A stretch of DNA of 63,226 bases, from positions 1 through 63,226 of the IMG/VR virus record IMGVR_UViG_3300048876_000002. One strand, given 5' to 3'. The stretch is from a virus. Lineage: Duplodnaviria > Caudoviricetes. Below the pieces are notes generated by a model that did not search any database, was not told the origin of the DNA, and was given only the letters and a program-made list of their open reading frames with translations. Positions 56,179 through 63,226 of this stretch are shown here, one piece after another (the first letter of the stretch is position 1; each line of letters begins with the position of its first letter). The translations under genes were made by a program, and so were the position numbers.

Positions 56179-56764
56179 CGCGTAATGCTTCGCGCACATA
56201 ACGCGCAAGCCGTTCTGCTGGAAGTTCAGCCGCAAGCCTTTCAATCAGGTGAGCCATTGGTTTTGAGCGGACTCCCTTGTCCAATCCCAAATTGGCAAGA
56301 ATGCGGAGGGCTTCTGGACGCCACAATAAGCAGGCTATTGCACGAGCACATGGCGCGGGATTTGGTAGGGATTCGCGAACTCGTTCCAAGCGCAGATCAA
56401 GCTCGCCCCGAACTTCAATAATTCCCCACCATGAAGGAATGATCTTCTTCTTTGCTTCTGTCAGGTGCCGAATTGCGCTAACCAGGGTAGCTCTCTCGAA
56501 TACGGCATTATATGCATCTACTTGTTCCGGCAGTCTGATTAGCGTGTCGCGGTCGCTCTTGATCTCATATCCGTGCGACTCGCCATTAAGTGCCGCATAG
56601 TCGGCGCGGTTTGCCCCGCCATATAGGGCAAACTCTGGCAAGTAAATTGTGTCGGGATAGTCCCTGTGTTCGTTGTGGACAAAAGGAATCAACAGATCGC
56701 GGATAACGGCATCATTTGTAGCTTGCATGGCGAACCACTCCCGCGTAAGATTTGGAGTGAGCAC
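56066..56764 (-). CDS. sce7726-family protein (PD-(D/E)XK-like)
   Basis: E...RAD.A..NG..HGYEIKSDRDTL.RLP.Q...Y..VF; LLWR.E. Confidence 0.8.
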   Translation of the reverse strand: MLTPNLTREWFAMQATNDAVIRDLLIPFVHNEHRDYPDTIYLPEFALYGGANRADYAALNGESHGYEIKSDRDTLIRLPEQVDAYNAVFERATLVSAIRHLTEAKKKIIPSWWGIIEVRGELDLRLERVRESLPNPAPCARAIACLLWRPEALRILANLGLDKGVRSKPMAHLIERLAAELPAERLARYVREALRARGDWRSAAKLRRCDAKPLPRANRFPNQCTFFESSDL

Positions 56765-56779
56765 ACCAAACCGACATCA

Positions 56780-56828
56780 TAAAACGGTCACAAGGCCCGA
56801 CCTAGGAATCGGGCCTTGTGGCTTTTAT
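56780..56828. terminator. bidirectional terminator-like hairpin
   Basis: 12-bp perfect stem CACAAGGCCCGA/TCGGGCCTTGTG flanked by A- and T-runs. Confidence 0.7.
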
Positions 56829-56838
56829 AGCATGATTT

Positions 56839-57786
56839 CTATGCAATTCCTAACACTTCGTTGAGATTCCAGACGTGATCCGTGATCCCCGCTTCCATTG
56901 CGGGAGTGCATCGAATACTGGAATGTAATCGGCAAAAGTTGTAAAACGCGAAGTGCAAAGCGACAGCCGCTTTCAGATGCGACAGCTTTTTGCTGAAAGC
57001 ATTCGTGAGTCGCGTAAATCGCCGCATCGCCATTCGCATGGTCAAGTTCTGCCGTTCCACAAACGAAGTGCTGATATGGTCAGGGTCGGGGTCGCCTTGT
57101 CGAACTTTGGATATAACCCCCGAGATGCGTGGTGGGGAGTACCTCGCATCGGGAGTATCAAACTGCCCGTAGTCGCCAAACATTTTCGTGAGCTGTGCGA
57201 AGTCTACTTCGGTTCCAAAGCACTCAGGAACGCTCACCGTGTAGTGGTTCAGGCCATCGCTGGTAAGTTGCACGCGATTCGCAAGGCGCTTGTGCAAGTC
57301 CCATAGAAAGGCCCATGTATCGGGGCGCACGCGCTTGCCGATGCGGAATGAAGGAACGAGTTTTGTTTCCGCATCAATGGCAACGTAAACCCACTGGTCG
57401 CCCATCTCAGGCGAATCTCCACTTCGCACGTTCCGGCGTTTCTTGCCGACGTAAGTCCAGATTTCGTCAACCTGCAAATACCTGGTCTGGAGATTTTGCA
57501 TCTTCGCATCCATCAATTTCTGACTGCGCTCACCCGCCAGAAGTAACAGGCTCATAATCGTATCGCGATGCACGCCAGTGACGCGCTCGATTGATCGTAG
57601 GCTCATTCCTTCGACTAGCAGCTTGAGGATGGATTCAGCTTTCTCCATCGGCAAGCGCATTTCAGCGAGAGGCCGCGTGTGATCTTCCGTGAATGTCTTA
57701 CGGCATTGTGAGCAGCGATAGCGTTGTAGGCCGTTCCTGTGCTTCCCAGAGCGCTTGCAGGATGAATTGCAGTTGTGGCAGGTCAC
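56839..57786 (-). CDS. IS1-family DDE transposase (single ORF)
   Basis: CxxC...GLQRYRC..C finger, HTH, QVDEIW.YV.KK, TSDG, STS.VERQNL.MRM..RRFTRLTNAFSKK. Confidence 0.92.
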   Translation of the reverse strand: MTCHNCNSSCKRSGKHRNGLQRYRCSQCRKTFTEDHTRPLAEMRLPMEKAESILKLLVEGMSLRSIERVTGVHRDTIMSLLLLAGERSQKLMDAKMQNLQTRYLQVDEIWTYVGKKRRNVRSGDSPEMGDQWVYVAIDAETKLVPSFRIGKRVRPDTWAFLWDLHKRLANRVQLTSDGLNHYTVSVPECFGTEVDFAQLTKMFGDYGQFDTPDARYSPPRISGVISKVRQGDPDPDHISTSFVERQNLTMRMAMRRFTRLTNAFSKKLSHLKAAVALHFAFYNFCRLHSSIRCTPAMEAGITDHVWNLNEVLGIA

Positions 57787-57870
57787 TGTGAAATCTCCTT
57801 GAGTTCACAGCCGACTTGCCGGATAATGAAGTTGCGAGTCTCATTGCGGCTACGGCTGTGATGGATTCAA

Positions 57871-58000
57871 GCCCTGATTCTGTTTCCGCAGAGTCGGGGC
57901 TTTTTGTTGCCAGTCCAATCTAATGCTTAGAAGGCATGATGTCAAGATGCTTGCAAAATAAATGTTGCAATGCTTGCAATGGTAGTGTATAAAATGCTTA
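57871..58000. promoter_or_regulatory. divergent control region of the IS1-like element
   Basis: Hairpin GCCCTGATTCTG/CAGAGTCGGGGC with T-run; ATGCTTGCAA repeated twice; TTGCAA and TAAAAT boxes. Confidence 0.5.
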
Positions 58001-58003
58001 CCT

Positions 58004-59080
58004 ATGGAAAACACTCCCGAATCCACTGCTATTGCACGCGGCTCAAAAGGCGGTGAGGCCAGAGCTGCAAGCCTTTCCACTGCACGAAAGAAGGCTATCG
58101 GTAAATTGGCTGCTGATGCGCGATGGGGTTCCGATCTGCCGCGTGCAACGCATGATGGACCGCTCCAGATTGGCGATGCTGTGCTTGTCGCAGCGGTTCT
58201 CGGCAATGGCAAGCGGCTTCTGAGTCAAGGCACAGTATTGCAGGCGATTGGCCGTTCCCGTACTCCCAAGGCCGGAACTGGCGGTTTTACCACTGTCGAC
58301 GAACTACCCTTCTTTTTGCAGGCAGAAGTGCTCAAACCCTTCATTTCAGAAGAGTTGATGATGTCGACGACCCCTATCTTGTTTCGCCTGAAAAATGGGC
58401 AGAGAACGGTAGGTTATGACGCAATGCTTCTGCCTATGATCTGCGAAGTGTATTTGAAATTCCGCGACAGCCTGAACGAGAAATTGGGACACAATCTTGC
58501 CGATGTTCGAGGGGTCGCGAAGAGTTATCTAGCGAGGTATAAGCACATCATTGCGGCGTGTGATCGTCTGACTCGCGGACTGGCGAGACGCGGGATTGTT
58601 GCTCTGGTAGACGATGCTACAGGCTACAGGGATGACCAGATGCGGGAGGAAATCTATGACCGCATCATCAAGGCATACGTCGCACCGTCTCTCGCGCCTT
58701 GGGTAATACAGAAGTTTCCGCATGAGTTCTTTCGGCAAGCCTACAGGCTCCTTGGTTGGAAGTATGAACCGGGACAAACAAAGCACTCGCCGTACATGGG
58801 GAAATTCATAAACAAATATGTATTTGAGGCATTGCCGCCGGGAGTGCTTGAAGAATTAAAAGCAAGATTGCCGAAGAATGAGCACGGCCACCGACGCGGC
58901 CACCTGTGGCGACTGCTAACCGTGGACACTGGCATCCCGCACCTAGATCGACAGCTCACAGCCGATCTGACGCTCATGCAGATCGCCGACAAGAAAGAAG
59001 ATTTTGAGCACAACTGGGAAAAACTGTTCGGCAAGCAACAGTTACTCAGCCTTACCATACCCAAGGAATTGCAGCCGTGA
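58004..59080 (+). CDS. P63C-domain protein
   Basis: GG.ARA..LS...AA.ARW, ATH.G.L.IG, ALVD.ATGY, F.EFF...YRL.GW, G.P.L. Confidence 0.85.
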   Translation: MENTPESTAIARGSKGGEARAASLSTARKKAIGKLAADARWGSDLPRATHDGPLQIGDAVLVAAVLGNGKRLLSQGTVLQAIGRSRTPKAGTGGFTTVDELPFFLQAEVLKPFISEELMMSTTPILFRLKNGQRTVGYDAMLLPMICEVYLKFRDSLNEKLGHNLADVRGVAKSYLARYKHIIAACDRLTRGLARRGIVALVDDATGYRDDQMREEIYDRIIKAYVAPSLAPWVIQKFPHEFFRQAYRLLGWKYEPGQTKHSPYMGKFINKYVFEALPPGVLEELKARLPKNEHGHRRGHLWRLLTVDTGIPHLDRQLTADLTLMQIADKKEDFEHNWEKLFGKQQLLSLTIPKELQP

Positions 59081-59139
59081 CGGGCTGGCGGCCTTACTCT
59101 CCGAGGCCGCCACCAAGTCAGCAACGCAGTGTTAGGACA

Positions 59140-59652
59140 CTACCGCCTGCCCACCATGCCTACGTCGCCCCACAAGTAGTATGAGCCGAAGTTCGCCTTC
59201 GCCCTGCCTACCCACGGCTGCGCTCCCCGCACATTCTCCACGATCAGAGGAATGTATCTGTCGGCCGCTTCCGAGGCTTCCCGCTGCAATCGGAAGCAGG
59301 TATCGAACAAGAGATTTAATTCCGCGATGGTCCGCGAGCCCATGTAGCCCTCGGGAAATAGATCGTCTTCGGACTTGCTTCGCAGTGCCGCCGCAATCTG
59401 CTTCGACCGGCTCCACGGCATTGCCATGTAGCTGTACTCCGTGCAGGGCGGGCTGGCCACAATCACAGCCGCATCTTTGAACTGCGAGCCGTGCAGCGTT
59501 GTGGCGTCCTGAATTACGAGTTGCCCAGGATATCCGCCGGAGCCGTAATCGTGGCGCTCGATGTCGAAGCCGATAACAGTGCAGCCTTCCGCGAGAAAGC
59601 CTTCAGCCCATCCGCCGAGACCGCAGTAAAGATCGATGCACATCATGCCCAA
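59140..59652 (-). pseudogene. C5 cytosine methyltransferase-like gene, 3'-truncated
   Basis: IDLYCGLGGW, ASPPC, ENV motifs; ends at the GGTAGTG element end. Confidence 0.7.
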
Positions 59653-59745
59653 TCTTCCCGGCTCATGGTGAGGACCACTTGGCCGTCACGCTCGCTCATG
59701 GCTTCCCTTTCTCTCGCTCCGCCGTCAACTCAGGGTTGCTCGGGG

Positions 59746-60069
59746 TCAACTTCGTTCCCATAACTTGTAGAGGTCGTTGATTTGGTCCGCCCCTTCTGTC
59801 ACTGCGAAATCCAGCATCCTTTCTATATCTAGAACGAAAACCCGTCCCACCTTGTTTGCTTCTTTCGCGTGATGTGAGCGTGCGGCACGAAAATCCTCCA
59901 ACTTCTGATATTCATGGAGGTACTTCTCTTTATTGCGCTTCGAAGCTTGCACCCCAGCCCACGTCTGCACCCATGTACACCAAACAATCTTACCTTGGTG
60001 CATTTCGACAACAAGCCAGTTTCCTCTAGGACTACTTCGCGTCTTACGCTTTGTTATGATTTCCGCCAC
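59746..60069 (-). CDS. hypothetical protein
   Basis: GAGGAG RBS. Confidence 0.55.
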   Translation of the reverse strand: MAEIITKRKTRSSPRGNWLVVEMHQGKIVWCTWVQTWAGVQASKRNKEKYLHEYQKLEDFRAARSHHAKEANKVGRVFVLDIERMLDFAVTEGADQINDLYKLWERS

Positions 60070-60115
60070 TCACCATTCTCCTCTCAGACTGTCTCTCTTT
60101 TTCATTTTCCCTCCG

Positions 60116-60400
60116 TCAACTTGGGCGCTGCTGCGTTGTCAGAGCCGAACTCGTGCTATTTTCCCAGCATGGTCCGCCTAGTTTTTGCTCTTTGAATTCA
60201 TAGACGATACCGCAACAGCAAGTCCAGAAAGCACCCAAGCGTCCCATTACAGGAGTAAGACATTCACAACCGCGCTCTTCCGCCAATATACAGGGATTAT
60301 CTTTGCGCTCATCCAGCAGTTCCCGGTAGTTATCGGACTGCGTTTTCCCGTTATGCAGCGACCGCAAATAAGCATCGCCCCAACATTTTTCACACGCCAT
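60116..60400 (-). CDS. Cys-rich hypothetical protein
   Basis: AAGGA RBS; MACEKCW.DA. Confidence 0.5.
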   Translation of the reverse strand: MACEKCWGDAYLRSLHNGKTQSDNYRELLDERKDNPCILAEERGCECLTPVMGRLGAFWTCCCGIVYEFKEQKLGGPCWENSTSSALTTQQRPS

Positions 60401-60401
60401 A

Positions 60402-60611
60402 TTATCCTTTCACGGAGCCGCCAAACTTGCGCTCGATCTGATCTGCAATGTGATTGCCATACAGTCCACACTCGCGGATAGATGCCACGATCCTCTTGAC
60501 CGTCTCCCGCTTCTCGGAGTCGGCGAAGTTGGCCATGTTCTGATATAGCCCGGAAGAGGTTGATTTTCGCCAAGACTGCTTCGCCCGTTCTACCGCTGCG
60601 TTGTCAGGCAT
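60402..60611 (-). CDS. hypothetical protein
   Basis: Operon packing. Confidence 0.5.
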   Translation of the reverse strand: MPDNAAVERAKQSWRKSTSSGLYQNMANFADSEKRETVKRIVASIRECGLYGNHIADQIERKFGGSVKG

Positions 60612-60786
60612 TCAGGGCCTCTCTATCAAACTCCCAAGGTTCTTCGCCGACGCGCCATGCTACTCGTCGGCCAGTCTTACGATTCCATATTTCCGTGATT
60701 GCGATGCTCGGCATATTGCCGTAATCCACGCCCATCTCAACCTCTGGCGCTGGCGGAAGAAGTAATTGCGGCGGCTTGTCAGGCAT
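60604..60786 (-). CDS. hypothetical protein
   Basis: GGAGG RBS. Confidence 0.5.
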   Translation of the reverse strand: MPDKPPQLLLPPAPEVEMGVDYGNMPSIAITEIWNRKTGRRVAWRVGEEPWEFDREALNA

Positions 60787-60788
60787 GG

Positions 60789-61322
60789 TTATCGGTCCTC
60801 CCTCAGCAACTTCTCAAATTTAACGATTGGGCAAGATGCTTCGTGTGTTCCGCCCAGCGAATCCCATCCGCAAATATCACAACATTCGTCAGTCTTGCCG
60901 GATTTGTCCACGCATTCCTGAGCAATCTTCCGCAGTTCTTCGTTCTCCCGCTTCGCAGTTTCCAAGCGCTCAGTCAGGCTTTCGACGTGCTGCTTTTGTG
61001 CTCCCGTCTCCCACTCCAACCCTTTCACCTTGGCTTTGAGTTCGGAGTTCTCCCGCTCGGAAGTTTCAGTTCGGCCTTCCCAATGTTTCACGTACTCTGA
61101 TGCCCCAGCGTCGTAACCACTCCGATAGAACTCACCAGCCAGCAACGTTGCTTCGATCTGGGCTTCATTGTCCTCGCCGGATTCAATCGCCGACCGAATC
61201 TTTTCCAGCGATGCGGTAACTCGGTCAGGCTGCTCAATGCGCCCTTCCTCCCTGGCGACCACAGGGGAGGATACGGGAGCCGCTGTCTCCGCCTTTAGCT
61301 TTGAACGTCTCATCTGCCTCAT
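60789..61322 (-). CDS. coiled-coil protein with a C-terminal CxxC-H-C motif
   Basis: CDICG...THEASCP. Confidence 0.55.
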   Translation of the reverse strand: MRQMRRSKLKAETAAPVSSPVVAREEGRIEQPDRVTASLEKIRSAIESGEDNEAQIEATLLAGEFYRSGYDAGASEYVKHWEGRTETSERENSELKAKVKGLEWETGAQKQHVESLTERLETAKRENEELRKIAQECVDKSGKTDECCDICGWDSLGGTHEASCPIVKFEKLLREDR

Positions 61323-61516
61323 ACCTTTTCCTTTAATCCAAGGTCTTTTTCGCTTTTAACCAACTTAATGGTGATGCAGTCGCAAAACATGACCGAAATG
61401 ACGGCTTCTCCGGAGCGGTAACAGGGCTGACCGAATGCAATTCCACTCCCGAAGCACCTTGGACAATCGTTGTTGGCAACTGAGATAAACTGTCCATCCA
61501 CGAACGCGATGCTCAT
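61319..61516 (-). CDS. small zinc-binding protein
   Basis: CPRCFGSG...CDC; GGAGG RBS. Confidence 0.5.
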   Translation of the reverse strand: MSIAFVDGQFISVANNDCPRCFGSGIAFGQPCYRSGEAVISVMFCDCITIKLVKSEKDLGLKEKV

Positions 61517-61545
61517 ACCTTTTCCTCCCCTTTGGGCTGCGACCT

Positions 61546-62268
61546 TTAACCCTCTCCCCAGTGATCGGAATCTCTCGGAGTCGTGCCTGTGTCAAACGAA
61601 GTTGCGCCGAATCGCTTGGGACTGACTTTGGGCTGCGCTACGGGGCCAGACTCCGCGACTCCCCACTGATCGGCCATCGCATTCGCAATCCCTTGATAGG
61701 TACGGCTCCGATTCTTGGCCCTTTCCGGCGATGGACCGAGCTTATTCTGTCCGCTCGGAGTTTGATTATCCCAACCGCGCTTCACATCTCCCCCACGGGG
61801 CGGAATGATGTTGGTCGGTCGTAGCGGAGGCAGACCTTTCAGCCATAGACATGTTGCTTTCGCTTCCGGGTGCCCGAACTGCCACGGCTGGATAACCTGA
61901 TTCGGTTTGCGGTACGCTGTTGAGATGCGCCCTATTGGATTCTCTAACGCTATTCTCGTGATGCCGTGCGCGATTGAGCCTTCGCCCATTAGGTTGAACA
62001 CAAACAGCATCGCCTCATGGGTGAGTTCGTCGCGGCCCGGAATTCTCTTGTTCCAATGCAGGCCGCTGCTCGCAAGGTAAGTGCATGGAGGGTGGGCGAT
62101 CATTAAATCCCACACTGGCAAGTCCTCCAACACTTCTTGAACGTCGCATTTCAAGTGTTGGCCCGGTATCTCAGTCGGCAGCAAGTCACACGACCACGCA
62201 TCATGCCCACGCAACCGAAACGCTTCACGCACGATTCCTGAGAACTCACACGCGACTAATACTCTCAT
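61546..62268 (-). CDS. DNA cytosine methyltransferase-like protein
   Basis: VLVACEFSG.VR.AF, DLMIAHPPCTYL, ENP, RS.TY.GIA.AMA.QW. Confidence 0.85.
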   Translation of the reverse strand: MRVLVACEFSGIVREAFRLRGHDAWSCDLLPTEIPGQHLKCDVQEVLEDLPVWDLMIAHPPCTYLASSGLHWNKRIPGRDELTHEAMLFVFNLMGEGSIAHGITRIALENPIGRISTAYRKPNQVIQPWQFGHPEAKATCLWLKGLPPLRPTNIIPPRGGDVKRGWDNQTPSGQNKLGPSPERAKNRSRTYQGIANAMADQWGVAESGPVAQPKVSPKRFGATSFDTGTTPRDSDHWGEG

Positions 62269-63226
62269 TGATTCTCCTTCGGTACGTCCGGCTTGACCTC
62301 TGCGGGAATGGCCTCAGACTCCGCCTCGGCAAACTTCTTAGCCGATTTCATAAGCGAGTCGATCTTCTGGAATGCACGGTCGTAGGTCGGCTCAACGCCG
62401 ACGAAGTGGCCGAATAGGTACAGTTTGAAGCAGATGCCATTGACCTGCTTGATGCAGTATCCGTCACGCACTTCAGCCTGATTGCGGATCGTCCCCCATT
62501 TCGTATGCTTCGGCGGCTCTGCGGGAATGGGCGCGGACTGAGCGGCCAGAAATGATTTAATTGCCGCTTCCAACTTGCGCGATATTTCCTTGGCGGCCGG
62601 CGCATCACACGCCTCAAGATAGCCAACTGCCAGCGCTCCACAACTTGCGATGTCGAGTGCAAGTTTCCAATCCCACTGCCGCGATCCCGCTTCCGTGGCT
62701 GGCGCGCTATACACTTTCATGTGGACATTTGTGATGCCATTCTCAGGAGGTTCCGTGGCTGGCGCGGAGTTAGCGGCGTGATAGGATTCAAGTAAATCAC
62801 TCAATAGTTCGGCATGTTGTGTATCTTCTCGCCCATCAGCGTCGAAGTAATGGACTAGCCTGTTCGGAACGTTGTTGTCAGCCAGCCAATTTGTCGCGCT
62901 CTGCGTGGCTGGCGCTGCCTTGGAGTCGTCCGGCGTGGCTGTCGTGGCTGGCGGAGAGGCTGGAGCGCCCACGCCCGACAATGCTCGGTGATCTGTTGGC
63001 CGGTCATGTTCAGTACAATCAGGGCCGCAAAACTGCTTAAATTCCGGCGTCGTCGCTCCCACGGAGGGAGCCAGCGATTCGTACTGGGCTGATGGAGAGG
63101 CTGGAACTCCCACGCCCGGATGTGGAGTGTAAGCCGTTCGGGATTTACGGTACTCAAACCAACTGGCAAATTGGCAGGCTACCGCGACTGGCGGCGCGAA
63201 GTCTCGCTCGTAGCCTTCTTCTTTGC
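62265..63226 (-). CDS. 3' part of the origin-spanning modular hypothetical protein
   Basis: In frame with 1-557 after removing the 127-bp overlap; repeated APSVGATTP/APATE linkers. Confidence 0.8.
   Translation of the reverse strand, partial: KEEGYERDFAPPVAVACQFASWFEYRKSRTAYTPHPGVGVPASPSAQYESLAPSVGATTPEFKQFCGPDCTEHDRPTDHRALSGVGAPASPPATTATPDDSKAAPATQSATNWLADNNVPNRLVHYFDADGREDTQHAELLSDLLESYHAANSAPATEPPENGITNVHMKVYSAPATEAGSRQWDWKLALDIASCGALAVGYLEACDAPAAKEISRKLEAAIKSFLAAQSAPIPAEPPKHTKWGTIRNQAEVRDGYCIKQVNGICFKLYLFGHFVGVEPTYDRAFQKIDSLMKSAKKFAEAESEAIPAEVKPDVPKENQ
63100..63226. repeat. 127-bp terminal direct repeat (copy of 1-127)
   Basis: Exact match to 1-127. Confidence 0.95.

Larger units (their letters stand above)
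55685..59144. mobile_element. IS1-like element with cargo (beta fragment, sce7726-like gene, transposase, P63C); left boundary tentative
   Basis: GGTAGT at 55685 and ACTACC at 59139-59144; the right end supplies the stop that truncates a methyltransferase; no TSD. Confidence 0.55.

Noticed and set aside
1-63226. tRNA/rRNA genes or an alternative genetic code
   Set aside because: No cloverleaf/T-loop signature noticed by eye (tRNAscan-SE would be decisive); core genes are intact under code 11 and use all three stop codons

Overview
This window appears to be a complete, circularly assembled ~63.1 kb genome of a P22-like short-tailed (podovirus-type) phage; bases 1-127 repeat exactly at 63100-63226. 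The host is unknown; the style of the secreted proteins and of the IS1/P63C element suggests Acidobacteriota, which is inference only. Layout: a leftward arm of small accessory genes with RusA and a small RHH regulator; a divergent promoter; ERF/YqaJ recombination; a lambdoid initiator with internal iterons plus DnaB; several DNA methyltransferases; TerS/TerL; small head-region genes interrupted by a passenger-carrying IS1595; GroES, portal, scaffold, coat, gp4/gp10-like and ejection proteins; a 12 kb tail/receptor-binding block; membrane/lysis genes; and an IS1-like element with cargo. The most striking feature is that all six consecutive tail-block genes (39141-51062) begin with Sec-type signal peptides, five of them Cys-rich, and the first fuses its signal peptide to a podophage virion-attachment domain. 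This suggests tail fibres/spikes that are exported and disulfide-folded outside the cytoplasm. I recognised no integrase, CI-type repressor, canonical endolysin, tRNA or CRISPR array. All product calls come from recognising motifs by eye, not from database searches.
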